A stretch of DNA of 64,000 bases from an uncultured Acidobacteriota bacterium (lineage in GTDB: Bacteria; Acidobacteriota; JAQAZP01), in assembly GCA_963836075.1 (NCBI GenBank), contig CAWIIB010000009.1, positions 3,136,001 through 3,200,000 on the forward strand. Direction: 5' to 3'. The stretch's first letter is position 1; each line of letters opens with the position of its first letter. A program made the position numbers and the translations under genes. Below the pieces are notes generated by a model that saw only the letters and a program-made list of their open reading frames with translations, was not told where the DNA came from and ran no database searches. This document shows, piece by piece, positions 10,488 through 20,760 of the stretch.

Positions 10488-13358
10488 TCAGAAGCGGCCC
10501 GCCGTTACGTTCGCCCCGTAGGTCCACCCGTCGGGGAAGGCCTGCAGCGAGAACCAGAGCGTGGTCTGGGACCCGTCATAGGTGTAGACCTTGAGCAGTG
10601 TGTTGACTGCCGGGTCCGGGCCGGCGCCCACCACGATCTCGTCCCGGCCGTTGCCGTTCAGGTCGGCTCCGGACGAGATGCTGCTGCCGTAGCGGACCTC
10701 ATCCGGCGGCCAGGCAAAGAAGTTCACCCCGGGCATGTCGGTGATCGTCAACCCGTCATGGTTCCACCCGCGAATGTGGGTCCCGAAGGCCGGGGACGGT
10801 CCCGGCGCGGTGACGATCTCGTCCACGCCGTCGCCATCAATGTCGCCGCAGCTGACCCGCACACCGTAGCGCGGGGTGTTGTAAGCGAAATAGCTGATCC
10901 CGGGGATTGACACGGCCGTTCCACCATCCACGTTCCAGCCCCGCACATGGGCGCCGTAGATCGGTCCGGGCCCCGCGCCGGTTATGATCTCGTCGAAGCC
11001 ATCGCCGTCGATGTCGCCGGCCGCCACGTTGACGCCCCACTGCGGCGCGCCGTAGGCGAAGAAATTGACGCCGGCCACCGGTGACACGGCACCGGTGACA
11101 TCGTAGTTCCACCCCCGCACATGCGGGCCGAAGACAGCGCCCGGCCCGGCGCCGGTGATGACCTCGTCGAACCCGTCACCGTCGATGTCGCCGCCGGCCA
11201 CGTTAACGCCGAACTTGTTGGAGCTGTAGGCCAGAAAGCTCAAGCCGGGGAGGGGGGTGCCGTCCACGGCGAAGCCCCGCACGTGGGGGCCGAACACGTC
11301 GCCCGGTCCGGCACCGGTGAGGATCTCGTCCCTGAGATCTCCGTCCACATTGGCGCAGCTGAGGTTTACCCCGTGGTGCGGGGGATCATAGGCCTGGAAG
11401 GCATAGGTCCGGATCGCCCCTTCCTCCGGGGGAAAGACCCGGACCCGGGGCGGGTTGGCCGGTCCCGGCCCCAGTCCGGCAATGATAAATGGCAGGGTGG
11501 CGATCTCGCCGAGGGGGTAGTGATAGCCCATGTCCGCAACGCCTTCGTCAACACCTTCGTCGGTGCGGGTGGTCCCGTCCACGATCCCCGCCGAGGGGTC
11601 TCCGGCATCGACGCAGGGGCTGGTTGCCGGCTGACCGGCCACGGTGTGGCTGAGGTAGAAGTCCCCCGCAAGACCGCTGGCGAAGAGCGGATCGGCGTCG
11701 ATCATGCCGTCCCACCAGTTGAGAATGCATCCGGAGTCAACGGCCACGCCGGCCTGTCCGCCCGCAACATTGCTGTACTTGATGGTCAGCCGGCTGATGG
11801 CACCGTCATCATCGCTGACAAAGATCTCATTGCCATCTGGTGCGCTGTTGCCCCAGAAGATGGAGTTGACCACACGAAAATGGGCCTGGGTGAAGGTGTA
11901 CAGACCGCCGCCCTTTTGGGTGGCAACGTTCCCGGCAACGGTGGTATTCCAGAACCAGGGATCCGCGTCTCTGCCGGCGATACCGCCTCCTCTTCCGGCG
12001 CTGTTGCCGATCACCAGGTTATTGATATATGAATTGGTGGAGTCGGGTCCGGCACAGATGCCGCCCCCCCGGTCGGCCGAGTTGCCGATGATCGTATTGT
12101 TTGAGATGGCAGTGGAGTGGCAGACATAGGTGTAGATGCCGCCCCCGTCACGGGTTGCCACATTGTCCGAGATCAGGTTTCCGGTGATCTGCCCGTTGTC
12201 GTCCCGGACATAAATGCCCCCGCCGTTATAGCCCTGATTTCCGGTGATGGTGTTGTTCGAGATGACTGTTGCATATCCACTGCACGCGATTCCGCCGCCG
12301 GCACCCTCATTGGAGTTCCCGGTGATGATGTTGTTGGTGATCGTGTTTCGACTGTTGGCATCGATGCCGGGACCTTCCGTATTGTCACTGATCGTGTTCC
12401 CGGTGATCAGGAGGCTGCCGCCGCAATAGAGCCCGCAACCGATATTGTTCTGGATCAGGTTGTCGGCGATCTGTCCGGCCGGCGCCGAGCAATAGAGCCC
12501 ACCGCGTTTGCTGCCGGTCGTGTACAGCGATGCATTCTCGATGAAACTGCAATCGGTGAAATCCATCGATTGTGATGAATAGCAGTATGCGCCGGCGCCC
12601 CAGACCCCCGCCGTGTTAGATTGGAAGAGGCAATCCCGGACCACCACCACCGCACAGTCTGCACAATACAGCCCGCCCCCGTGGTTGTCGGCGTTGTTTC
12701 CGGTGAAGGTGGTTCCGGTGATGGTCGGCGAGGAACTGGCAAAAAATGCTATACCTCCCCCGTATCCCTCATAGGGATAGTGCTCGGTGTTGTCGTTGTT
12801 GGAGATGGTGCAGTTGGTGATCGTCGGCGAGGAATCGAGGCCGTAGATGCCGCCACCGTTGTAGTCGGAGAGGCAGCCGTCGACAACGCAGCCGGTAATC
12901 TCGGCGGTCGAGTTCTCGAGATAGATGCCGCCGCCCTGGTCCGTGCCCCGGCAATTGCTTACGACCATGTTGCGGATAGTGGGGGAGGACTCGAAGCAGT
13001 GGATGGCCCCACCCTGACTGTGAAGCCCGTTGGCGATGGTGAAACCCTGCAGCACTGCTGTCTGGTCTTCGCTCGACTGGAAGATAAACGCCCGCCCGTC
13101 GTTCTGACAGTCGAGGATGCAGGCCGCCGGCCCATTCTCCGATTCTACGGTGATTGACTTGCCGAGGAAGTCGAGGTCCTTGTTCCAGAACCCGGTCCAT
13201 GTGCCGTCGGCCACCCGCACCGTGTCACCGTTGACAGCGGCCTCCATGGCGTGACGAATGGTGGGCTGGTCGGCAGGGACATGAATCACTGCGGCCGCTG
13301 CGCCAAAGGAGCAGCCGAGCAATGCGGTGAGCACAATGGCCATCTGCTGCTTCATCAT
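10488..13358 (-). CDS. Secreted beta-helix protein with hinge and module A
   Basis: Start reassigned to ATG 13358 (GAGGAG upstream, MMKQQMAIVLTALL signal); same architecture, longer beta-helix, ends AGRF. Confidence 0.88.
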   Translation of the reverse strand: MMKQQMAIVLTALLGCSFGAAAAVIHVPADQPTIRHAMEAAVNGDTVRVADGTWTGFWNKDLDFLGKSITVESENGPAACILDCQNDGRAFIFQSSEDQTAVLQGFTIANGLHSQGGAIHCFESSPTIRNMVVSNCRGTDQGGGIYLENSTAEITGCVVDGCLSDYNGGGIYGLDSSPTITNCTISNNDNTEHYPYEGYGGGIAFFASSSPTITGTTFTGNNADNHGGGLYCADCAVVVVRDCLFQSNTAGVWGAGAYCYSSQSMDFTDCSFIENASLYTTGSKRGGLYCSAPAGQIADNLIQNNIGCGLYCGGSLLITGNTISDNTEGPGIDANSRNTITNNIITGNSNEGAGGGIACSGYATVISNNTITGNQGYNGGGIYVRDDNGQITGNLISDNVATRDGGGIYTYVCHSTAISNNTIIGNSADRGGGICAGPDSTNSYINNLVIGNSAGRGGGIAGRDADPWFWNTTVAGNVATQKGGGLYTFTQAHFRVVNSIFWGNSAPDGNEIFVSDDDGAISRLTIKYSNVAGGQAGVAVDSGCILNWWDGMIDADPLFASGLAGDFYLSHTVAGQPATSPCVDAGDPSAGIVDGTTRTDEGVDEGVADMGYHYPLGEIATLPFIIAGLGPGPANPPRVRVFPPEEGAIRTYAFQAYDPPHHGVNLSCANVDGDLRDEILTGAGPGDVFGPHVRGFAVDGTPLPGLSFLAYSSNKFGVNVAGGDIDGDGFDEVITGAGPGAVFGPHVRGWNYDVTGAVSPVAGVNFFAYGAPQWGVNVAAGDIDGDGFDEIITGAGPGPIYGAHVRGWNVDGGTAVSIPGISYFAYNTPRYGVRVSCGDIDGDGVDEIVTAPGPSPAFGTHIRGWNHDGLTITDMPGVNFFAWPPDEVRYGSSISSGADLNGNGRDEIVVGAGPDPAVNTLLKVYTYDGSQTTLWFSLQAFPDGWTYGANVTAGRF

Positions 13359-13371
13359 CCTGGGCGTCTCC

Positions 13372-15384
13372 TCAGGGGGAATCGGCCTCAATCCAGCAGT
13401 TGACTTCTTTGCTGTCACCGGATGCCGGATATGGCGGTTGGTTGTACGGGGCGGGGGTCACGTCCACGGCCAACAGCTTGAAGCTGTTGCTGCCGATGAG
13501 GGCCGGGCTTTGGGGAATCAGCTGGTTCCAGGTGGTGGTGTGCAGCCCCCCGGCAGTTATATTGGTGTAGCCCGATCGCCAGTTGCTGATGGTCTGGCCC
13601 CCGGCGGTCTCGATGTCGATGCGTCCGGCGACCCGTCGCGTCTGGACGGCGGAGCGGTTGTGCAGGATCACCGAGAACTGAATGATAAACGGCAGGGTGC
13701 CGGAATCGGGTGCGCAGGTGAAGGACGCGTCAACCGTGTGAGTGAGCGGGTAGTGGAATCCCATGTCGGGTGTGCCATCATCCTGCACGCCATCAGTGCG
13801 GGTGGTGCCCGTGGGAGGCGATCCGGCCGGGTTGCCGGTATCGACGCAGGGGCTGTCGGCCGGCTGGCCGGCCGACACCTGGGCCAGGTAGTGGCTGCCT
13901 TCCGGGCCGGTGGCAAACAGCGGGTCGTCCTCGATGGCCCCGGCCCCCCAGGTGAGCGTGCCGCCGGAGCCGAGAGGGATGCCGGCCTCGCCGCCCTGCA
14001 CCGTGGAATAGGAGATCAGCAGGTCCGAGCTATAACTGCTGTATGACAGTTGCGGCCCGCTGGGCGCCGTGTTACCCCAGGCGATGGAATCGGTGAGCGA
14101 GCAGGCTCCGGCGATGTCGAAACAGATACCGCCCCCCTGGATCCCCGCCGTGTTGCCGACGATGGTCATGGCGGCAAGGTCGAGGGGAGAACTCGTCCAC
14201 AACCCACCGCCATCCTCACCGGCTTCGTTGCCCACCAGCAGGTTTTGCGATACGTCGCCGTTCCAGAAGCGGAGGAATAGACCGCCGCCATGGCGATCGG
14301 CGCTGTTATTCTCGAACCGGTTGTTGGTCAGGGCACAGTTGTCGGTGTCGTAGGCCATCAGCCCGCCGCCATGGCGGAGGGTGCTGTTGCCGCTGATGGT
14401 GTTGCCGGAGACCACGGTGCCGTCGCCGTAGCGGAGGAAGATACCGCCGCCGTCCTGGTCCACGAGGTCCGGCTCCACCACCGCATTGCCGGTTATCGAG
14501 TTGTCAACGATTTCTGCGGTGCCCTCGACATAGACCCCGCCGCCGCGAAACGCTGCCTGGTTCCCGTAGATGGTATTCTCGCGGATCGTTACCGTGGAGA
14601 ATTCCATCGCGATCCCCCCGCCCTTCCAGGCCGAAAAGTTGTCATTGATGGTGTTGTGCTCGATCACCACCGTGCAGCCCGTATGGGCATTGACCGCCCC
14701 GCCGCCGAAGGAAAATGCTTCTGTGCTGAGCGCCGTATTGTGACTCAGGGTGTTTCCGGTGATCAGGACTGTGCTGGCGGCGCAGTGAATGGCCCCGCCT
14801 TCGAAGTCGGCCGTATTCCAGGTAATCGTGTTCTCCTCGATCAACGGTGAAGCATTCTCGATGTAGATCGCCCCGCCAAAACTGGCAGCGGCCAGGTTGT
14901 TGGTCAGTGTGTTGCCAATGATCAGCGGCTCGGCGCCGTCGACACAGTGAATCGCCCCGCCGCCCCCGGTATCGGCCGTGCAGTCCAGGATCACGCAGCC
15001 GGTGATCGTCGGAGAAGCGCCCGAACAGCGGATGCCGCCACCGCTGTAGCGATTGCCGTTCTGGATGGTGAAGCCCCGGACCACGGATTCGGATCCCTCA
15101 CCCCCGGCGAAGGTGAAACCGCGGCCCAGGCCTTCGCAGTCGATGATACAGGCCGCCGGCCCGTTCTCAGATTCGACGGTGATGGCCTTGCCGAGGAAAT
15201 CGAGTTCCTTGTTGCCGTAGCCGGTCCAGACACCGTCGGCCACCAGCACGATGTCGCCGTCGACGGCCGCATCGATGCCGGCCTGGATCGTTGGCTGGTC
15301 GCCTGGGATGTGGAAGGTGGCGGCTGAGAGGGGCAGGGTCAGAAAGAGTACAAGCCATATGAAGGGTGCTGAAGAGATCTTCAT
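13372..15384 (-). CDS. Secreted beta-helix protein with hinge and module B
   Basis: Signal peptide, beta-helix repeats, DMGFHY then CAPDSGTLPF...PAPYNQPPYPASG. Confidence 0.88.
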   Translation of the reverse strand: MKISSAPFIWLVLFLTLPLSAATFHIPGDQPTIQAGIDAAVDGDIVLVADGVWTGYGNKELDFLGKAITVESENGPAACIIDCEGLGRGFTFAGGEGSESVVRGFTIQNGNRYSGGGIRCSGASPTITGCVILDCTADTGGGGAIHCVDGAEPLIIGNTLTNNLAAASFGGAIYIENASPLIEENTITWNTADFEGGAIHCAASTVLITGNTLSHNTALSTEAFSFGGGAVNAHTGCTVVIEHNTINDNFSAWKGGGIAMEFSTVTIRENTIYGNQAAFRGGGVYVEGTAEIVDNSITGNAVVEPDLVDQDGGGIFLRYGDGTVVSGNTISGNSTLRHGGGLMAYDTDNCALTNNRFENNSADRHGGGLFLRFWNGDVSQNLLVGNEAGEDGGGLWTSSPLDLAAMTIVGNTAGIQGGGICFDIAGACSLTDSIAWGNTAPSGPQLSYSSYSSDLLISYSTVQGGEAGIPLGSGGTLTWGAGAIEDDPLFATGPEGSHYLAQVSAGQPADSPCVDTGNPAGSPPTGTTRTDGVQDDGTPDMGFHYPLTHTVDASFTCAPDSGTLPFIIQFSVILHNRSAVQTRRVAGRIDIETAGGQTISNWRSGYTNITAGGLHTTTWNQLIPQSPALIGSNSFKLLAVDVTPAPYNQPPYPASGDSKEVNCWIEADSP

Positions 15385-15541
15385 GGTATCCCCCTGGCTA
15401 TTGCATTGGATCGGCAGACATGGCGTGCTTCGGATGCACCCATTATTATTCTTAAAGTAATAATACTAACAAGGGGGTGTGAAAGTCCATGAAAAAGAAC
15501 ATTGACTCAGGCTTTGCTGGGGCCTGGATGCGACCTTCGTC

Positions 15542-17593
15542 TCAGAACCTTCCCGCCGCAATTTCCGTTCCGTATAGCTGATCGGTTGCATAGCCGTCAT
15601 AGAGAAACCACAGGGTCATATCTCCATCACGATAGCTGTAGATATAGATCTGCTGGTTCGCTTCGGGGTCCGGTCCCGGACCCGCCAGCAGGTCGTCACG
15701 GCCGTCCCCATCCAGGTCGGTGCCGGAATAGACATTGGCCCCGAAATGCCAGAAATAGGCCAGGGCCAGCGGGAAACTGAAGTTCGGCAACTCGGTGACC
15801 GCGGTTCCGTCGTAGTTCCATCCCTTGACCCACGGTATGACCAGGGGGTCGGGTCCGGGGCCGGTGACCAGTTCGGCCATCCCGTCGCCATCCAGGTCAC
15901 CACAGGCCACATTGACTCCGTGTTTTGCAGTCTCAAAGGCGAAGAAACTGAGGTTGGGAATGGCGGTGACTGAGCCCCCGTCCACGTTCCAACCACGGAC
16001 GTGGGGACCGAAGTGTGCCCCCGGCCCGGCGCCGGTGATGATTTCGTCATAGCCGTCGCCGTCGATGTCGCCGCAGCAGACATTGACACCCCATTTCGGC
16101 GTGCCGTAGGCGAAATAGCTCACTCCGGGCACGGCCGTGACCGCCGGTCCGCCGTCATAGTCGAATGCCCGGACGTGCGAGCCAAAGACCGCGCCCGGTC
16201 CGGCGCCGGTGACGATCTCGTCGAAGCCGTCATTGTCGATGTCGCCGGCGGCCACGTTGACGCCATATTTCAGTGTGCCGTAGGCAAAGAAGCTAAGGCC
16301 GGGCAGGGGAGTGCCGTCCACGGTGAACCCGCGGACGTGGGGGCCGTATACCGCACCGGGACCCGGGCCGGTGAGGATTTCGTCGAAACGGTCCCCGGCG
16401 AGGTTGCCGCAGGCCAGGTTCACGCCATACCCGGTGGCGCCGTAAGCCGTGAACTCATACTGCAGGACCGGCACGATGAGCAGATCGACCGAATAGACCT
16501 TCACCAGCGGCGGGTTGGCCGGCCCGGCTCCCGGAGCGGCCACCACCCAGGGGTTCCCTGTGGGGTAGTGATACCCCAGGTCAATGATGTTGCTGTCGGG
16601 TACGGAGTCGGTACGGGTGGTGCCGTGGTGAAGTTCGGAGGCCGGATTTCCGGCATCGGCACAGGGGCTTTCCGCTGCCTGTCCGGCGGCAACCTGGCTC
16701 AGGTACCAGGGACCCTGGGGGCCGTCGACGAACAGGGGGTCGGCATTGATCAGACCGGGGCCGTATTCAACGAGTGCTCCGGGTTCCGCGTAGAGCTTGT
16801 CGATGTCCGACCAGGAGAGGTTTGCCGAGCCTCCCAGGTAGAGGTCCTCACCCACCCCGTCGGATTCGTTGCCCCAGATAACCGAGTTGGAGACCACGAT
16901 GTTCGCCGCATGAATTCCAGCGGCCAGGAATCCGGCCCAGTTGTCGGTAACGGTGCACCCATCTACCGTTGCCCCGCCAATCTCCAGGCCGCCGCCCGTA
17001 TCGAAGGCGGTGTTGCCATTCACCAGGTTGTCCCGGAACAGCACACCGCCCCTCAGCCAGGCGCCGCCGCCGGTATTCGCGAGGTTGCCGAGAAAGCGGT
17101 TGCCGGCCACCAGACCACTGCCGTTGTAGTAGAGCGCTCCGCCTCCATATCCGATGATCGAATAGTCGGCAGAATTATTGATGAGGATGTTGTCGAGGAT
17201 CGTGGGGGAACAGTTCTGCACCTTGATGGCGCCGCCGCTGTCGGATATGCAGTGACAGTTCTTGATGGTGAAGCCCTGCATGACGGCGTCGGGCCCCTCG
17301 TCGTTCTCGAAGACAAAACCCCGGTAGCCCTGGCAGTCGATGATGCACGCTGCAGCCCCGCCGGCAGATCTCACGGTGATCGCCTTGCCGTTGAAGGTGA
17401 CCTCCCGGTTCCCACCCCCGGTGTAGGACCCGTCGGCCACCAGCACCGTGTCGCCGTCAACTGCGGCATCGATCCCGGCCTGGATCGTGGGCTGGTCGTC
17501 AGGGACGTGGATAGTGGCGGCAGGGGCGGAGAGGGGGGCAAGCAGCGTTAAGCAGATAATAAGGCCGCAGGAGAGTGGGACAGGATGCTTCAC
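15542..17593 (-). CDS. Secreted beta-helix protein with hinge and module A
   Basis: GTG 17593 after GGAGG; same architecture; ends AAGRF. Confidence 0.86.
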   Translation of the reverse strand: MKHPVPLSCGLIICLTLLAPLSAPAATIHVPDDQPTIQAGIDAAVDGDTVLVADGSYTGGGNREVTFNGKAITVRSAGGAAACIIDCQGYRGFVFENDEGPDAVMQGFTIKNCHCISDSGGAIKVQNCSPTILDNILINNSADYSIIGYGGGALYYNGSGLVAGNRFLGNLANTGGGAWLRGGVLFRDNLVNGNTAFDTGGGLEIGGATVDGCTVTDNWAGFLAAGIHAANIVVSNSVIWGNESDGVGEDLYLGGSANLSWSDIDKLYAEPGALVEYGPGLINADPLFVDGPQGPWYLSQVAAGQAAESPCADAGNPASELHHGTTRTDSVPDSNIIDLGYHYPTGNPWVVAAPGAGPANPPLVKVYSVDLLIVPVLQYEFTAYGATGYGVNLACGNLAGDRFDEILTGPGPGAVYGPHVRGFTVDGTPLPGLSFFAYGTLKYGVNVAAGDIDNDGFDEIVTGAGPGAVFGSHVRAFDYDGGPAVTAVPGVSYFAYGTPKWGVNVCCGDIDGDGYDEIITGAGPGAHFGPHVRGWNVDGGSVTAIPNLSFFAFETAKHGVNVACGDLDGDGMAELVTGPGPDPLVIPWVKGWNYDGTAVTELPNFSFPLALAYFWHFGANVYSGTDLDGDGRDDLLAGPGPDPEANQQIYIYSYRDGDMTLWFLYDGYATDQLYGTEIAAGRF

Positions 17594-17863
17594 GTGGCCT
17601 CCCATGCATTTCGAACTGCGCTCTATCCCCTGTCGTGCGCGAAAGGGCTCTGCACGGGGTTATTATCCATGAAAAAGTCATCAAAAGGGAATTGTGCCGT
17701 CCAAACATCAGCTGATTGACTTGCGGTTCAATGATCGATACTCTTGGCGTGAAAGGCGTAAGTCTAATGTAGGCAACGAAATATATGGTTTTTGTTGTCT
17801 ATGGTGGTCTGGGCTTTGCTCAAGGTTACTTCTGTCGCGGGATACGACCGAAAGGAGTGAATC

Positions 17864-18565
17864 ATGTCGCAGGAGAAGGACGGATGCGTCAAACCGGCCA
17901 GGGGGCCGATTGTGCAGGCCGGAGAGGAAGACGAATCAGGCGCCAACACTGAACGGAAGGGGGGAGAGCGTATGCAGGCACGGGTAGGACAGGAAGCTCC
18001 GGATTTCGAGGCCAACGCCTATGTGGCCGGAGAAGGGTTCAAGACGGTAAGGCTTTCCAGTTTCAAGGGTAAATGGATCGTGCTCTGCTTCTATCCCGGT
18101 GATTTTACCTTTGTCTGACCCACCGAGTTGGCGGCGGTCGCCGCCCGTTATGAAGAGTTGAAGGGATTGGGGGTTGAAGTGCTGGCCATGAGCACCGACA
18201 GCCGATTCGTGCACCAGATCTGGCAGCGCGAGGAACTGGTAAAAATGGTTGAGGGTGGGGTTCCTTTCCCCATGCTCTCCGATGCCGGTGGCTTGATCGG
18301 CAAGCTGTATGGCGTTTATGACGAATCCGCCGGTGTGGATATTCGAGGCCGGTTCATCATCGATCCCGATTTCGTTCTCCGGGCGATGGAGGTGCTGACC
18401 CCCGAGGTCGGCCGCAGCCCCGAGGAACTGACTCGCCAGGTCAAGGCGTTCCAGCACGTCGCGGCCACCGGCGAAGTGACCCCCTCCGGGTGGCAGCCCG
18501 GGGACACAACCCTCACCCCGGGTCCCGACCTGGTTGGCAAGGTCTGGGAGGTCTGGAAAGTCTGA
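17864..18565 (+). CDS. prxU: Selenocysteine-containing peroxiredoxin (AhpC/PrxU type); in-frame TGA 18116-18118
   Basis: [15 protein letters not shown] puts Sec at the peroxidatic Cys position; ORFs 17864-18118 and 18128-18565 share a frame; [12 protein letters not shown] motifs; alternative start at 17972. Confidence 0.92.
18130..18145 (+). promoter_or_regulatory. Putative bacterial SECIS
   Basis: GGCGGC-GGTC-GCCGCC, loop 17 nt after TGA. Confidence 0.8.
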
Positions 18566-18586
18566 ATCTGTCGTCGGGATCATCCC

Positions 18587-18624
18587 TGCCCGGAACGCGG
18601 TTCGACCCCTGTTCCGGGCATTTT
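18587..18624 (+). terminator. Rho-independent terminator after prxU
   Basis: TGCCCGGAAC...GTTCCGGGCA followed by TTTT. Confidence 0.7.
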
Positions 18625-18728
18625 CATAACGGTTGTCTCCCTTTAATGGTTGTGAGATGATCGGCCATCTGAAAATGGTTTGCTGCACGCACTTTTATCA
18701 AGATGCACACGTCTGGAGGAAGTATCAA

Positions 18729-19283
18729 ATGATCACGGTTCTGCGCACTCTGCTCGTCTGCCTCATCCTCGTTTCACTGCCCGTGCTGGGAATCGCCTGC
18801 GGTGGTTCGGACTCCGCCGAAACTGCCGCCGGAGAGACCGCGGATGTCGCCACGCCGGGCAGCCCGGACGCCACAGAGGAGAAAAAAGCTGAATCCTCGG
18901 ATGATTCATTGAGTTCGCCGGAAGCCGCCATGATGGTGGCAAAATACAAAGAAATGGCGGCCAGTGAAGGCATCTACTTTGGCGAGGTGCCCGAGGGCTT
19001 CCCGCTCGACTTCATCCCCCTGCACCCTGACGGCAAGATCGACAAGTCTTCCACGGGCGGTGGTGATTTCACCCTGCTGCAGAACGTGCCTGCGGAAAAG
19101 GACACCGTCTTCGCCTGGTTCAAAGATTTTTATAGCGACATGGGCTGGACCGTTGGCGATCCCTTCACCATGGGCAATCGGACCATGACCGGCATCGATG
19201 GGAACAGTGGAGAGGTCTCCATGACCATGATTACCCAGGATGACGGATCGACATTCGTTGCCCTGGTGCTGAGCCCGAGGTAG
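18729..19283 (+). CDS. Hypothetical lipoprotein
   Basis: GGAGGA RBS; hydrophobic leader ending LGIAC, acidic linker, VPEGFPLDFIPL motif. Confidence 0.7.
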   Translation: MITVLRTLLVCLILVSLPVLGIACGGSDSAETAAGETADVATPGSPDATEEKKAESSDDSLSSPEAAMMVAKYKEMAASEGIYFGEVPEGFPLDFIPLHPDGKIDKSSTGGGDFTLLQNVPAEKDTVFAWFKDFYSDMGWTVGDPFTMGNRTMTGIDGNSGEVSMTMITQDDGSTFVALVLSPR

Positions 19284-19299
19284 CGATCCCGCGGAGATC

Positions 19300-20367
19300 A
19301 TGAGCCATCGAACGGACAGGGGGCGCCGGCCCCGCCGGCTGGTCAACATCGTCCTGCTGCTGGCCAGCCTGGCCTGTTGCCTCCTGGCCCTCGAACTGTT
19401 CTGCCGGCTTGGCCCGGCCGACTCCGGTGAGGTCAAGCTCAACGATCCCCACCGCCATGTGAAGACCATCGGCCGGCCCAGGCGGTTCGCCCCCCTGCAC
19501 ACGTATCGCGAGCGGGTCCCCCTGGAATATGACCACCAGGGATACTATGCCCCTTCAAAGGGCCTGGTCAGCTTCCACTCCAACCAGTTCGGCGCCCGCT
19601 GGACCGCGCCGGAAGAACAACCGCTGGCCGAGCAACCCGTCCTTGTTCTCGGCGATTCCTTCACCTATGGCCACGGCCTGCGCTACGAGGACGCTTTTAT
19701 TTTCCGCCTGCAGCAGTTGCTGGTAGAGGAGGGGGCCGGTGTCAGTTTCATCAACTTCTCCCACCGTGGCGCCAATGCCAAACAGGTTTTGAGGAACTAC
19801 GAAGACGTGCGGACACGGGCCCCGCACCAGGAGGTGCTCTACGGTCTGAACATCAACGACCTGGTCTGGTTCCCGGCCAGCCACTTTGTCGTTGGCCCGG
19901 ACGCCCTGACCGGTCTCGCCGAGCACTGGAAGGGCTACGCCTTCATCTCGGGCCGGGTCCACCGCTGGCTGATCCGCCGTCAGCGGATCCGGCAGCTCCT
20001 CTCACCCTCCTCACTGGAGAGCGATGCCTTTGCCGCCAATATGGATGCACTGGTGCGGCTGAACCGGGCGGCATCGGCCCACGGTACGCCGCTCCGCGTG
20101 GCTCTCCTGCCCATCATGGTGGATCTGCAACAGGGGACCCTCCACCCGCTCTACGACGGAATCCGGGAACGGGTGGAAGCCGCAGGGATTGAATGCATCG
20201 ACCTCACCCGCTGCCTTGACGGACGTGCGGACCGCGACCTCTGGGTCCTGCCCTTTGACCAGCATCCCAATGCCGTGGCCAACCAGGTCTTTGCCCGGGA
20301 GCTGTTGGAACAGTACCCGGTGAACTCAGGGTGTGAGCCCGGTCACCTGGCAGCTGTCGGTGGCTGA
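19300..20367 (+). CDS. Membrane-anchored SGNH/GDSL hydrolase family protein
   Basis: N-terminal TM helix, LVLGDSFTYG, LNIND, DQHPN. Confidence 0.82.
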   Translation: MSHRTDRGRRPRRLVNIVLLLASLACCLLALELFCRLGPADSGEVKLNDPHRHVKTIGRPRRFAPLHTYRERVPLEYDHQGYYAPSKGLVSFHSNQFGARWTAPEEQPLAEQPVLVLGDSFTYGHGLRYEDAFIFRLQQLLVEEGAGVSFINFSHRGANAKQVLRNYEDVRTRAPHQEVLYGLNINDLVWFPASHFVVGPDALTGLAEHWKGYAFISGRVHRWLIRRQRIRQLLSPSSLESDAFAANMDALVRLNRAASAHGTPLRVALLPIMVDLQQGTLHPLYDGIRERVEAAGIECIDLTRCLDGRADRDLWVLPFDQHPNAVANQVFARELLEQYPVNSGCEPGHLAAVGG

Positions 20368-20760
20368 GTCCCCTGACGGAGGGTATGGCGGTTGGTTGTA
20401 TGGTGCCGCGGTCACGTCCTCCACCACCAGGGTGAATATATTGTGTCCGGTCAGTGAGCCGAGGGCCGGGATGGTCCGGGCCCAGGAATGATCAGTCGCC
20501 TCCGGTCACCAGGTTGGCGTTGGCGGCCCGCCAGTTGCCGTAGGTCAGGCCTCCGGCCAGCTGGACATTGATCCGGGCGGCCATGGTGCGGGTGGGGCCG
20601 GCGTAGCGGTTGGCCATTCCGGCGGTGATCACAGTCTGGAAGGGCAGGGCGCCAGATTCCGGGACGCAGGTCAGGGATGCTGCCGCCGACGACCAGCCGT
20701 AATGGAATCCCATGTCGGCCTGGCCGGCTGTCGTCCACCCTATCGGTGCGGGTGGTCAGG
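20326..20760 (-). repeat. Near-identical copy of module B DNA at about 22287-22720
   Basis: Long shared tracts, e.g. cccggtcacctggcagctgtcggtggctgagtcccctgacgg and cagctggac..ttgatccgggcggccatggtgcgggtg. Confidence 0.85.

Noticed and set aside
8364-17593. Classical autotransporters (beta-helix passenger plus terminal Phe)
   Set aside because: The ~300-aa tail is made of Ca-binding DxDGDG FG-GAP-like repeats, not alternating amphipathic beta-barrel strands, despite ending in F.
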